Notes: generated by a model from the sequence alone, not told the origin. A stretch of DNA of 41,422 nucleotides from an uncultured bacterium (GCA_964607865.1 CAZSLZ010000008.1:1-41422); one strand, 5' to 3'. Positions 15,116 through 24,910 are shown, numbered from the stretch's first letter. A program made the numbers and translations.

Positions 15116-16582
15116 TTATTCTTTCTCCCATTTAAGAACTGGTTTGCGGGCTGCTGTTACTTCGTCTATGCGGCGAACCGGTGTTGAATGGGGAGCGTCA
15201 TTTACGAAGCCTGAATCTTTTTCAATTTCCTCATCGATCTTGAGCATTGCATCGATAAATTCATCCAGGGTTTCTCTGGATTCGGTTTCTGTAGGTTCAA
15301 TCATAAGAGCTTCCTCCACAATAAGGGGAAAATATGTAGTTGGTGCATAGAAACCGTAATCCAGCAGCCGTTTTCCAATATCCTTGGTGGTTGAGCCTTT
15401 TTCTTTCTGCCATATTCCTGATAATACAAATTCGTGAAGGCAGGTGCGATCATACTTCAGGAAAAATTTCTCTTTTAATTTCTCCTTCAAATAGTTTGCA
15501 TTTAAAACCGCAGTGCGGTCGGATTCCTTTATTCCGTCGGCGCCCAGGCCTGTCATGTAAGCCAGGGCCTTTACAATCACATTGAAATTGCCATAGAAAG
15601 CCCTTACCCTGCCGATGGTTTTTTCCGGTTTAAAAAAGGAAAATGTTTTTTCATTCTTTTCAACTCGGGGGCCGGGCAGAAAGGGAAGGAGTTTTTCCAC
15701 AACCCCCACCGGCCCTGAACCGGGGCCGCCGCCGCCATGAGGGGCAGAAAAGGTCTTATGAAGATTGATATGCATTATATCAAAACCCAGTTCTGCGGGC
15801 CTGCAAATTCCCATTATGGCATTGAGGTTGGCGCCGTCCATATACAGCAAGGCGCCGGCTTCATGAACCAGGCGTGATATTTCCAGCATATTCTCGTCGA
15901 AAAGCCCCAGGGTGTTGGGCATGGTAAGCATAACGCAAGCTACGGTGTTATCGAGTTTTTCCTTGAGATGAGCCAGATCCACATTACCCCGTGAATCGGA
16001 TTTTATCTCTTCCACTTCAAAACCGCCCAATACGGCGCTGGCAGGGTTGGTACCATGCGCTGAATCGGGAATCAGTATTTTTTTTCTGGAAATGCCAGCT
16101 TCGCCTATATCATCAAAATAGGCTTTCACCAGCAGAATCCCTGTTAATTCCCCATGAGCGCCGGCAGCGGGCTGGAGGGTGAAGCCCGACATACCTGTGA
16201 TTCTGCTTAAATAATAATCTGTATAATAGAGTACTTCCAGGGCGCCCTGAACCAGGTTTTCATCAGCATAGGGATGTATTTCAGTAAAACCACGGAATCG
16301 GCTGACCCGTTCATTTACCTTGGGGTTATATTTCATGGTGCAGGAACCCAGGGGATAGAAATGGGTATCTACTCCGTAATTTTTTCTGGAAAGGTGGGTG
16401 TAATGGCGAACCAGATCCAGTTCGCCCACCATGGGAAGTTCCACTTCCTCATCAGCGAGAAATTCGCCGGGAATAAGTTGGGCTGCATCCCTGCCGGGCA
16501 CCTCGCAGATTCCGCCGCGTTCATTCAAAGAATAGGGGGGCCTGCCCTCCTTGCTTATTTCAAAAATCAACTTATCATACAT
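15116..16582 (-). CDS. gcvPB: Glycine dehydrogenase (decarboxylating) subunit 2
   Basis: The 488-aa protein has the PLP-dependent GDC P-protein C-terminal half (MYDKLIFE...HLSRKNYGVD...CTMKYNP...INLHKTFSAPHGGGGPGSGP). It overlaps gcvPA by 8 nt. Confidence 0.9.
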   Translation of the reverse strand: MYDKLIFEISKEGRPPYSLNERGGICEVPGRDAAQLIPGEFLADEEVELPMVGELDLVRHYTHLSRKNYGVDTHFYPLGSCTMKYNPKVNERVSRFRGFTEIHPYADENLVQGALEVLYYTDYYLSRITGMSGFTLQPAAGAHGELTGILLVKAYFDDIGEAGISRKKILIPDSAHGTNPASAVLGGFEVEEIKSDSRGNVDLAHLKEKLDNTVACVMLTMPNTLGLFDENMLEISRLVHEAGALLYMDGANLNAIMGICRPAELGFDIMHINLHKTFSAPHGGGGPGSGPVGVVEKLLPFLPGPRVEKNEKTFSFFKPEKTIGRVRAFYGNFNVIVKALAYMTGLGADGIKESDRTAVLNANYLKEKLKEKFFLKYDRTCLHEFVLSGIWQKEKGSTTKDIGKRLLDYGFYAPTTYFPLIVEEALMIEPTETESRETLDEFIDAMLKIDEEIEKDSGFVNDAPHSTPVRRIDEVTAARKPVLKWEKE

Positions 16583-17948
16583 GGGTTTTCACATCCTGTC
16601 TTATACAGTCTTTCAGGCAGGTTGACAAATCATCCATCTGCTTTCTGGTGTTCATCTCGGTAACACAGAAGGTTATGGCATTTTTCCATTCGGGTTTCCA
16701 TTTTCCGGTTATAAAACCGCCTATAGTTCCCCGGCTGGCCAGAAATGTGTTTATCACTTCAGGTTTCATCCTGGTTTTTACAGTAAATTCATTAAAGAAA
16801 GGCTTATCGTACATCATATCAAAGCCCTCAATTCCCACAATTCTGTTTTTTAAATAATGAGCCTTTTCCAGGTTCAGTTTTGCCAGATCCCGGAACCCTT
16901 TTTTGCCCATGCAAGCCAGGTATATGGTTGCAGCGAGGGCGCAAAGTGCCTGGTTGGTGCAGATATTTGAAGAAGCTTTCTCTCTGCGGATATGCTGTTC
17001 CCGTGCCTGGAGGGTCAGGCAGAAAGCTCTTCTGCCCTTTTCATCTATAGTCTGTCCTACAAGGCGGCCGGGAATTTTTCGCAGAAACTTATCTGTGGTG
17101 GCCATGAAACCCAGATGGGGGCCCCCAAAAGACGGGGGAAGGCCGAAGCTGGCGCCTTCTCCCACCACGATATCAGCTCCGCAGGCTCCCGGAGTTTTCA
17201 AAATACCCAGAGAAACCGGCTCTGTAACCACAGTAATTAACAGGCTTTTTTTATTAAGTTGTTTCAGTTTTGTGCCGATTTGAGCAAGATTTTCCAGAAA
17301 ACCCAGGCAATTGGGGTTTTGAACAATCAGGCCGGCGGTATCTTTGGTTACATACTTGTCCAGAATTGAAGTATCCAGGTTACCTTCGATAAGGGGGATT
17401 TCCTGAAGAACTACTCCATCCATATGCTTGAAATAGGTTTTTATTACCTCTACATATTCAGGGTGAAGCCCCTGGCTGTATAAAACCTGATTTTTCCTCG
17501 TGGCCATCGTTGCCAGGGTAATTGCTTCTGCCACAGCGGTAGAACCATCATAAAGGGAAGCGTTGGATACTTCCATACCGGTGAGGTTGGCAATCATGGT
17601 CTGGTATTCGAAAATAGACTGTAGAATACCCTGGCTGGCTTCAGCCTGATAGGGGGTATAAGAGGTATAGAATTCGGATCTGGAAATAATGGAATCAATT
17701 ACTGAAGGAGTAAAATGCCAGTATATGCCTGCTCCCAGGAAACTGGACCTGTCGTAGAAAGCCCGGTTTTTTCCTGACATTTGCTTCATACGGTTCACCA
17801 GTTCCAGTTCACTTATGGAATCTGGCAGATCCAGTTTATCAATTTTCTTTTCTTTGGGAATATCAGAAAAAAGAGCATCTATGGATTCAACTCCAATAGC
17901 GCTCAGCATTTTTTCAATATCCCCTGGGGTATGGGGGATATATTTCAA
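16575..17948 (-). CDS. gcvPA: Glycine dehydrogenase (decarboxylating) subunit 1
   Basis: The 457-aa protein starts MKYIPHTPGDIEKML...SFLGAGIYWHF...YTPYQAEASQG. It uses a TTG start with a GGGAGG RBS 9 nt upstream. Confidence 0.9.
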   Translation of the reverse strand: MKYIPHTPGDIEKMLSAIGVESIDALFSDIPKEKKIDKLDLPDSISELELVNRMKQMSGKNRAFYDRSSFLGAGIYWHFTPSVIDSIISRSEFYTSYTPYQAEASQGILQSIFEYQTMIANLTGMEVSNASLYDGSTAVAEAITLATMATRKNQVLYSQGLHPEYVEVIKTYFKHMDGVVLQEIPLIEGNLDTSILDKYVTKDTAGLIVQNPNCLGFLENLAQIGTKLKQLNKKSLLITVVTEPVSLGILKTPGACGADIVVGEGASFGLPPSFGGPHLGFMATTDKFLRKIPGRLVGQTIDEKGRRAFCLTLQAREQHIRREKASSNICTNQALCALAATIYLACMGKKGFRDLAKLNLEKAHYLKNRIVGIEGFDMMYDKPFFNEFTVKTRMKPEVINTFLASRGTIGGFITGKWKPEWKNAITFCVTEMNTRKQMDDLSTCLKDCIRQDVKTHV

Positions 17949-18373
17949 ATTGGTTCGCCTCCCTGTTCTTTTATGAATTCCCTGTATCCGGCCGCAGACA
18001 TCAGGGAATCGAGTTCAGATTTATCGCTTACTTTAATCTTATACATCCATCCCTTGCCATAAGGATCTTCGTTTACATATTCGGGATGAAAGTCGTCGTT
18101 GTCTTCGCCGTCAATTTCCTGAAGCAGGTATTTGTTAAGTTCGGCGACTGAACCAGTAACTGGGGCATATAAATCAGAAACGGTTTTCACCGATTCCACC
18201 ACACCGAAACTTTCGCCTTTCTCAAGTTCGTCTTCTAACTCGGGCAATTCCACAAAAACTATATCGCCTAACTGCTCCACAGCATGGTGGCTTATCCCTA
18301 CTGTGCCCACGTCACCATCCATTTTTACCCATTCATGTTCTTCTGTAAAAAATAAATTTTGAGGTATATCCAT
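17945..18373 (-). CDS. gcvH: Glycine cleavage system H protein
   Basis: The translation is MDIPQNLFFTEEHEWVKMDGDVGTVGISHHAVEQLGDIVFVELPE...VESVKTVSDLYAPVTG, with the lipoyl-lysine context SVKT. I chose the start at ATG 18373, which has an AAGGAGG 7 nt upstream. The track ORF begins at the preceding TTG. Confidence 0.85.
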   Translation of the reverse strand: MDIPQNLFFTEEHEWVKMDGDVGTVGISHHAVEQLGDIVFVELPELEDELEKGESFGVVESVKTVSDLYAPVTGSVAELNKYLLQEIDGEDNDDFHPEYVNEDPYGKGWMYKIKVSDKSELDSLMSAAGYREFIKEQGGEPI

Positions 18374-18548
18374 CAAGACGCCTCCTTATTATGGTTTGAG
18401 AAAAACTTCACTAACTGCAATAAAATACCTGTTTTTTTGCCAAATTTTTAATGGACCTTTCCGTTCACAAAGCCTGTGGTTTTTTGCTGAATTGTTTATT
18501 TGAAATTTTATTGTTTTTGTTATATTATATTCTGGGAGAGTTGTTATA

Positions 18549-19238
18549 ATGTTGGGAATAACTGTTGATAATACTGCCCTGGTGATTTTTTCCGGTGTTT
18601 TTGTTATACTGCTGTTGTATTTATATGAGTACCGGGGCAAGGTGAAAAAAGTAGAAAAACATTTCCGGCAACTGGGATTTAAAAAAATAAATCCCGGGAA
18701 TTCATTTTATTTAAAAATCAAGGAAGAATTTACCGATAAGGAAACCAGAGAAGAATTTGTATTAAAGAAGGCCGATAACAGAGAAAAAATCTATCTTATT
18801 TTTTCCAACGATACTGAAGTTATTGGTAGTTCCTATATGAAAATATACTGGGTATTTGACAATGATACTCCAATAAAACTGCATATATTTAAGAAAAAAC
18901 TGTTATTACAGCTGGAAGAAACCAGGAGTGAAATCGAGAATCCTGTTAAGAATTTTAATAAGAAAATAAAGATAAAGCTTCCCGAAGACGATGTTAAAAG
19001 ATATCGTTTACCCATAAACTTACAGGAATTTCTTCTATCCACGGTGTATCAATATCCTTTCAATACTGATACCCTGCGGGCGCGAATTGGAATATACATG
19101 CGGGGTATTTCTATTACCGGCCCTAAAATAGGAGATTTGCAGAAGATAAAAGAAACCATGGAAACAGCGGGTAAACTGAAAGTGGTTCTTGAAGAAAATA
19201 TGAAAAATGACATAAAGATTCTGGTAACCCGCCGTTAA
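18549..19238 (+). CDS. Hypothetical protein with an N-terminal TM anchor
   Basis: The 229-aa protein has one N-terminal TM helix (ALVIFSGVFVILLLYLY) and a Lys-rich soluble domain. A GGGAGAG RBS lies upstream. I recognise no family. Confidence 0.45.
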   Translation: MLGITVDNTALVIFSGVFVILLLYLYEYRGKVKKVEKHFRQLGFKKINPGNSFYLKIKEEFTDKETREEFVLKKADNREKIYLIFSNDTEVIGSSYMKIYWVFDNDTPIKLHIFKKKLLLQLEETRSEIENPVKNFNKKIKIKLPEDDVKRYRLPINLQEFLLSTVYQYPFNTDTLRARIGIYMRGISITGPKIGDLQKIKETMETAGKLKVVLEENMKNDIKILVTRR

Positions 19239-19268
19239 TTATCAGGGTTTTTACCATTTTGGCTTTTT

Positions 19269-20402
19269 ATGATTGTAAATAAACTTGAGTTAAATAATTT
19301 TAGAAATTTGAAACCTGCCAGCCTGGAGTTTTCACCGGGCTTTAACCTTATCATAGGAAAAAACGCCCAAGGCAAATCGAGTTTCCTGGAAGCTCTCTAT
19401 TCTTTGAGCCTGGGCAGATCTTACAGGACCAATAAAGAGGAGAATATAATAAATTTTGACAGCAGTTTTGCCAGGGTGGCGGGCAGTTTTGCTGTGGGTG
19501 GTCTGGCTTTTTCCCTGGAGATCCAATGGGAAAAACCTGAATCGACCAGGCTGAATAAGACAATTAAATTGAATTCCAACCCGGTTACCCGGCTTTCCGA
19601 CTTCATAGCCCGGTCGCCTATGGTACTGTTTCTGGCTGAAGATCTTGAAATAATAAGGGGAGCGCCTGAAAACCGCCGAAAACTGCTGGACCTAATCTGC
19701 AGCAGGCTGAAACCTGTATATGCCTCTACATTAAGGGAATACAATAAAATTCTGGATCTTAGAAACCGCTGGTTGAAATTGCCCGAAAGAAACAGGGACA
19801 AATATATGGGTGAAATTTACTCGGAAAAACTGATTTCTCTGGGTGCCGAGATTCTGTGTCATCGTTTTCAGGCTCTGGAATCGCTGAGAAAAATTATGAC
19901 TCAAATTTTTATTGATTTATTCAAACAGGATATGCCCAAACTGGGATATCGTTCATCGGTAAAGGAGTTTAAAAACCGGGAGCCCGAATCACTGAAGGAA
20001 GCTTTCAGCGATGCACTGCAAAGGCTGGAGCAAAGCGAAAATAAAGTGGGTTATACCTTGGCAGGCCCTCATCGCGATGATATAGTATTTAAGAAAGACG
20101 GCAAAAGAATCAGAAATTTCGGTTCCCTGGGAGAGATTCGCGGGGTGTCGGTGGTTCTGAAACTGGCGGAAGCTGAGATTATCAGCCAGCAAATGGATAT
20201 CGAACCGGTAATTTTGATTGATGACAGCCTCAGGGAACTGGATCCTTCCAGGGTAGATCTTTTTATTAATTTTATTAAGGCCAAAAAACAAATTTTTTTT
20301 GCAGCCACCGAAATTCCAGAATTCTTCAAGAATCATGGTTCCAGAACCAGGCTTTTTAACGTAAGCGAGGGGGTTATTTCAAATGCAACCCATGTCTATT
20401 AA
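19269..20402 (+). CDS. recF: DNA replication and repair protein RecF
   Basis: The N-terminus MIVNKLELNNFRNLKPASLEFSPGFNLIIGKNAQGKSSFLEALYSL has the RecF start and Walker A. The C-terminal ABC signature and D-loop region is GPHRDDIVF...ILIDD. Confidence 0.85.
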   Translation: MIVNKLELNNFRNLKPASLEFSPGFNLIIGKNAQGKSSFLEALYSLSLGRSYRTNKEENIINFDSSFARVAGSFAVGGLAFSLEIQWEKPESTRLNKTIKLNSNPVTRLSDFIARSPMVLFLAEDLEIIRGAPENRRKLLDLICSRLKPVYASTLREYNKILDLRNRWLKLPERNRDKYMGEIYSEKLISLGAEILCHRFQALESLRKIMTQIFIDLFKQDMPKLGYRSSVKEFKNREPESLKEAFSDALQRLEQSENKVGYTLAGPHRDDIVFKKDGKRIRNFGSLGEIRGVSVVLKLAEAEIISQQMDIEPVILIDDSLRELDPSRVDLFINFIKAKKQIFFAATEIPEFFKNHGSRTRLFNVSEGVISNATHVY

Positions 20403-21267
20403 AAGTGTTTTGAAGCGGACAATGAAGAAGCTTGACCTTTATGAAATTTATAAAAACAATCGTTCCATCACATTCTGGCCCCGAATATGTGGAAAACAAT
20501 TGAACCAGGTCACACAGGCTTTAAAATTGAGAGGCAAGATTCTTTTTGTGGGTGTGAAAGATCATATCTGGGCAACGGAGTTGAGCGGTTTCAAATATCA
20601 GTTTTTAAAAAAGTTTAATAAGTTGCTTGGTACGGGGATAGTAGAAGATATAAGGTTTCAGGTAAACCCTTCGCTTTTCAGAAAGACAGAAGAAAATGAA
20701 CCCGTTGTCTATGAGTTCCAGGAGATTGAATTATCAGCCAGAGATGAAGAAGAAATTGAAAATGAAATTTGCCTGATAGAAGATGAAAAAACCCGGCAAA
20801 TGATGAGAAAATTTCTTGAGGGTAAAAAGAAATATGAAAAATGGCTGAAAAAAAGGGGGGGTAAACCTTGTCCCAACTGCGGGGCAATGATAGAAAAAGA
20901 TGAACCTTTGTGCCCTCCCTGTATCATTGATAGACAAGGCCAGGACAGCCAGAAACTTGTTGAGATATTAAACCAGACCCCCTGGCTTGATTTCAGAGAA
21001 TCAAAGAAACAATTGAGTACTCTGGATTTCCATCTATATTGCATGGTAAGAGACAGCCTGGTGGAAGGCCTGAAGAATGAGGTCTATGATGCTCTGAAAA
21101 ACATTAAAGCCCGGGAAAACAACATAGATACGGCCGATTTGAAAACCCGTATTATCACTTTTGCCATGATGAAATCCGGGATGCCCCCCGCCAGAATGAC
21201 TGATGACAACCTGAAAAAAATCCTGCCTTTCTCTTTCTACAAATATTATCAGGAAGAAACTTATTAA
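20383..21267 (+). CDS. DUF721 (DciA-like) protein with a C-terminal CxxC...CPPC zinc-ribbon extension
   Basis: It overlaps recF by 20 nt. The N-terminal DUF721 pattern is LKRTMKKLDLYEIY...WPRICGKQLNQVTQALKLRGKILFVGVKDHIWATELSGFKYQFLKKFN. The C-terminus has CPNCGAMIEKDEPLCPPC. A GAGGGGG RBS lies upstream. Confidence 0.6.
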   Translation: MQPMSIKSVLKRTMKKLDLYEIYKNNRSITFWPRICGKQLNQVTQALKLRGKILFVGVKDHIWATELSGFKYQFLKKFNKLLGTGIVEDIRFQVNPSLFRKTEENEPVVYEFQEIELSARDEEEIENEICLIEDEKTRQMMRKFLEGKKKYEKWLKKRGGKPCPNCGAMIEKDEPLCPPCIIDRQGQDSQKLVEILNQTPWLDFRESKKQLSTLDFHLYCMVRDSLVEGLKNEVYDALKNIKARENNIDTADLKTRIITFAMMKSGMPPARMTDDNLKKILPFSFYKYYQEETY

Positions 21268-21393
21268 TACGTTTCAATTAATAATTGAAAGAGAAGGAAT
21301 GAACCGTTCTTTACAAGAAAAGTAGTCTATTAATTTCCCTGTTGATTGAATAATTGATTCACTATTAATCAAACCACCACAAGGAGGAGCACT

Positions 21394-22881
21394 GTGCAAC
21401 ATTTAATGGAAGTCTTTCTGAGTATTTGTGTTTTAAGCATTTTTATACTGATAGGTAAAACGTTGAGGGTTAAAGTAAAACTTTTTCAATTCCTTTTTCT
21501 GCCATCTTCCATTATTGCCGGGTTTATAGCTCTGCTTATCGGGCCGGAAATACTGGGCCGGTTTTCCAACATAGTAATCTTTCCCGATTATATGCTGGGC
21601 TATTGGCGTGAGTTGCCCGGAATTCTTATCAACGTGGTTTTTGCGTCTCTATTTCTTGGGGTTACCATTCCCAACCCCAAAAAAGTATGGAAAATTGCGG
21701 GCCCCCAACTGTGCTACGGTTCAGTAGTTGGCCTGGGCCAATATTTTTTCTCCCTCCTGGTAACCTTGTTAATTCTCATACCACTTTTTGATGTCCCTGC
21801 CATTTTCTCCTGTATCGTGGAGATAGGATTTTCCGGCGGCCACGGCACAGCTGCAGGTATGAGAAACGTTTTCAGAGAACTGGGTTTCGAGGCCGGCGGA
21901 GCTCTTGGGCAGATGTCGGCAACAGTGGGTATAATTGTTGCCGTAGTTATAGGTATCGCATTAATCAATGTGGCAATCCGAAAAAACTACTGCGCTTTTC
22001 TTAATGAGAAAGAAGGAATTCCAACTTATAAAAAGGTGGGTTTGATTCCCAAACCCAAACGATACTCCATTGCCACCGCCACTGTGGCAAGCGAGGCTAT
22101 TGAACCCATGACTTTCCATTTCGCCATTATCTCGGTTTCAATTCTGCTGGGTTGGGCAATTCTCTATAAAATACTGCCCTGGCTGTTGAGTTTCTTACCC
22201 CCCAGTTTCAATACAATTACCAAAATTTTTAAGTATATGCCTCTCTTCCCCTTCGCAATGATTGGCGGGATACTGGTGCAGTTGACTTCTATGAAGTTCA
22301 ATATTGATAATTATTATGATAAGGATACTTTCGACCGTTTGCTTGGCCTGGCGTTGGATATCCTGGTTATTTCCGCCATCGCATCTATCAGGCTGGACCT
22401 GATTCTCGACAATATATGGCCTTTCCTGATTATAATGCTTTCAGGCATTATCTGGGTGGTGCTGGCAACTGTCGTTATCGCTCCCCGGATGTTCCCGGAA
22501 TTCTGGTTTGAAAGAAGCATTACTGAGTTTGGTATGCAGACCGGTGTTACCGCCATAGGCCTTATGCTGCTCAGAATCGTGGACCCTCTTTACAAAACCG
22601 GTACAGCCTCAGCTTTCGGTTTTAAACAATTACTTTATCAACCTTTTCTTGGAGGAGGTTTCCTCACCGTGCTTGCCCCGATTATTATCTCCCAGGTTCT
22701 GGGGGCATGGCCCACGGTATTTGTTACATTGGGGCTTATGTTAGTTTTTATAGCCATCTCCTGGTTCAATGGCTGGGTTGATCTCAACCCGAAATTCACT
22801 TTCCAGGAACAGCAGGAATTGGGAATTGGCGAAGAATTGGGGCTGGACTTTGAAGAATCTGCAATTGGCGATGTAACCTGA
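21394..22881 (+). CDS. Putative sodium:solute symporter (GltS / ESS-family-like)
   Basis: The protein has 10-12 predicted TMs. The N-terminus, with FLPSSIIAGFIALLIGPEILG, resembles GltS (IPEPVVGGLLAALL). It uses a GTG start with an AAGGAGG 6 nt upstream. Confidence 0.5.
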   Translation: MQHLMEVFLSICVLSIFILIGKTLRVKVKLFQFLFLPSSIIAGFIALLIGPEILGRFSNIVIFPDYMLGYWRELPGILINVVFASLFLGVTIPNPKKVWKIAGPQLCYGSVVGLGQYFFSLLVTLLILIPLFDVPAIFSCIVEIGFSGGHGTAAGMRNVFRELGFEAGGALGQMSATVGIIVAVVIGIALINVAIRKNYCAFLNEKEGIPTYKKVGLIPKPKRYSIATATVASEAIEPMTFHFAIISVSILLGWAILYKILPWLLSFLPPSFNTITKIFKYMPLFPFAMIGGILVQLTSMKFNIDNYYDKDTFDRLLGLALDILVISAIASIRLDLILDNIWPFLIIMLSGIIWVVLATVVIAPRMFPEFWFERSITEFGMQTGVTAIGLMLLRIVDPLYKTGTASAFGFKQLLYQPFLGGGFLTVLAPIIISQVLGAWPTVFVTLGLMLVFIAISWFNGWVDLNPKFTFQEQQELGIGEELGLDFEESAIGDVT

Positions 22882-22901
22882 TAAATTTCAAAGAACAAAA
22901 A

Positions 22902-22931
22902 AGCGGCTCGAATCATCGGGCCGTTTTTTTT
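22902..22931 (+). terminator. Rho-independent terminator agcggctcg-aatcat-cgggccg followed by TTTTTTTT
   Basis: A GC stem with an 8-T run lies 21 nt after the symporter stop. Confidence 0.6.
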
Positions 22932-23140
22932 AAGCATTATCTAAAAGTTCAAAATAGTAACAATCAATATTTATTTGCGTTCTTTTTAGGCTGTCACACC
23001 CTTCCAGGGCTCGCCAGGACGAACTTTCAATCCGTGAGAAGAATAGAATGGCTGAAGAAAAAACTATGCTGTGAACAGCCTGTTCCTGTTTTCCAAACCG
23101 GGCTGCCAACCATGAATGTTGGATTTTTATAAAACAATTT

Positions 23141-23176
23141 AAAGAGGCCATCCTTGTGGGACAGCCCCTTAATTTT
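23141..23176. terminator. Conserved GGGACAGC hairpin (aaagaggccatccttgtgggacagccccttaatttt)
   Basis: It lies 10 nt downstream of the htrA stop on the minus strand and belongs to the same family as 281, 15063, 28340 and 34637. Confidence 0.5.
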
Positions 23177-23185
23177 AAAATGGCG

Positions 23186-24385
23186 TTAGCCACTTAATTC
23201 TGAAGGCATTTCTTCAATTTTCAGTTGAAAATCTCTTCTGCTGTCTTTTCTCCATACCTTGATATTAACGGTATCGCCGATATCATAGCTTCGAATTATC
23301 TCCTGCAATTCCTTTGAAGAATTCACTTTCTTGCCATCGATTTCAAGGATTACATCACCGCGAGCCAGGCCGGCTTTCTGTGCAGGTGAATTTTTTACTG
23401 TTCTGTAAATTAAAACTCCTGCTACTTCGGGCATATTTAAATAGTTGGCTTTGGCTTCATCCATTTCCATCATCTGTATTCCAATGAAGGGTCGCACTAC
23501 TTTTCCATTGCCTATGAGCTGATCTTTAATCTTTTTCACCTGATTGATGGGAATGGCAAATCCGATTCCCTGGCCGGTTCGGTGAACTGCGGTGTTAACG
23601 CCTATTATCTCACCTTTCAGGTTAGCCAGGGGCCCGCCTGAGTTTCCAGGGTTGATTGCAGCGTCGGTCTGTAACAGGTTGGGATATTCTCTTCCCATAT
23701 CGGATAAATCTCTTCTCCGGGCCGATAAAACACCCACTGTAACTGTGTGTTCATATCCGTAGGGGTTACCCACTGCAACAACCCATTCTCCTATCTGGGC
23801 CCGGTCAGAATCACCCAGTTTGGCTGCAGGCAGGTTTTCCGCTTCAATCTTAATAATTGCAATGTCGGTTAATCTATCTGACCCGATTACTTTGGCCCGG
23901 TATAATTTTTCCTTGTCGCCATTAGCCTCATCGCCAATTTTTACTGTGATTTGATCAGCGCCCTCAATAACATGCTGGTTGGTAAGAATCAAGCCATCTT
24001 CGGATATAATGATTCCTGACCCACTTCCCTGCCTTCGCTTGGGAACGCCATAGGGGTTAAAGAAATCCCTGAATTCCCTGGGGACACCCGGCGGAAGTTC
24101 GGATTCGGAACCGAATACCGATTTGGTGGTTATGAATACCACCGAGGGAGAAAGGATTTTCACAGCATCCACTACTTTATTGGTGCCCACAATGTCGGGT
24201 TTTGACTGTGCCACCTTCATCCTTATTTCTTCACTTTCTTCGCCAGCAGTGGGGTTTTCAGCAGTTTCGTTCACAATCTTCTTTAATGAACTGGCTTCGC
24301 TGATATAAAAATAATAAGTAAAAACACTTCCTGAAATTACACCCAGGATAATCAGTACAATAAATATTAAAGCCTTATTCTTCAT
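23186..24385 (-). CDS. HtrA/DegP-family periplasmic serine protease with a PDZ domain
   Basis: It has an N-terminal TM/signal segment, the trypsin-like catalytic motifs (TNQHVIEGAD, DIAIIKIE, INPGNSGGPL) and a C-terminal PDZ domain (GVLIYRTVKNSPAQKAGLARGDVILEIDG). A TAAGGAGG RBS lies upstream. Confidence 0.85.
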   Translation of the reverse strand: MKNKALIFIVLIILGVISGSVFTYYFYISEASSLKKIVNETAENPTAGEESEEIRMKVAQSKPDIVGTNKVVDAVKILSPSVVFITTKSVFGSESELPPGVPREFRDFFNPYGVPKRRQGSGSGIIISEDGLILTNQHVIEGADQITVKIGDEANGDKEKLYRAKVIGSDRLTDIAIIKIEAENLPAAKLGDSDRAQIGEWVVAVGNPYGYEHTVTVGVLSARRRDLSDMGREYPNLLQTDAAINPGNSGGPLANLKGEIIGVNTAVHRTGQGIGFAIPINQVKKIKDQLIGNGKVVRPFIGIQMMEMDEAKANYLNMPEVAGVLIYRTVKNSPAQKAGLARGDVILEIDGKKVNSSKELQEIIRSYDIGDTVNIKVWRKDSRRDFQLKIEEMPSELSG

Positions 24386-24412
24386 TATCTTCCTCCTTAT
24401 ATGAACAGAGTT

Positions 24413-24787
24413 TTACTGGGCTGACATTTCCATATCGGGTTCGGTAACATATACTATTTCTCCGTCTTTCCATAACTTTTCAAGGTTATAGAACTCACGC
24501 AGGTTTTCCAGAAAAACATGTACCACAACAGAACCGTAATCCAATAGAATCCACCCACCATCGTCCTTGCCCTGATATTTTCTTTCATTCATTCCTTCGT
24601 CTTTCAAGGCTTGGGCAATGTGTTCAGCTATTGCCTTGTTATGGGTTCGTGATGACCCGGTAACAATTACGAAATAGTCGCATATTATAGTTTTCTCATC
24701 CATTTTTATCAGGGTTACATCCTGGCCCTTCTTTTCTAAAGCATATTCCACAATTTTTTCTGCCAGTTTTCTTGAATCTGATTCCAT
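24413..24787 (-). CDS. rsfS: Ribosomal silencing factor RsfS (Iojap family)
   Basis: The 124-aa protein contains IVEYALEKKGQDVTLIKMDEKTIICDYFVIVTGSSRTHNKAIAEHI...GWILLDYGSVVVHVF. An AGGAGG RBS lies upstream. Confidence 0.8.
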   Translation of the reverse strand: MESDSRKLAEKIVEYALEKKGQDVTLIKMDEKTIICDYFVIVTGSSRTHNKAIAEHIAQALKDEGMNERKYQGKDDGGWILLDYGSVVVHVFLENLREFYNLEKLWKDGEIVYVTEPDMEMSAQ

Positions 24788-24910
24788 TAATCTACCTCCT
24801 GGTATTTGGCTTTATTTAACATATATTTATATTCATTGGTTTCCATATTAATAATAAAAAAATTTAGTTGGCCACACTAAATAAAATTATAGTCATTTTA
24901 TAAGAATTGT

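Noticed and set aside
18377-18548. Expected a glycine riboswitch upstream of gcvH.
   Set aside because: Reading the minus-strand sequence, I could not find the conserved tandem-aptamer consensus (GGAGAG...CACCG...CTCTGG). Only AT-rich promoter-like sequence is present. I left it as an absence to be confirmed by a covariance-model scan.
22931-23140. Considered a tRNA or other structured RNA in the 250-nt gap between the symporter terminator and htrA.
   Set aside because: No T-arm GTTCRANYC motif and no cloverleaf-compatible complementarity could be found by eye. The region does contain the conserved GGGACAGC hairpin, which I report separately.
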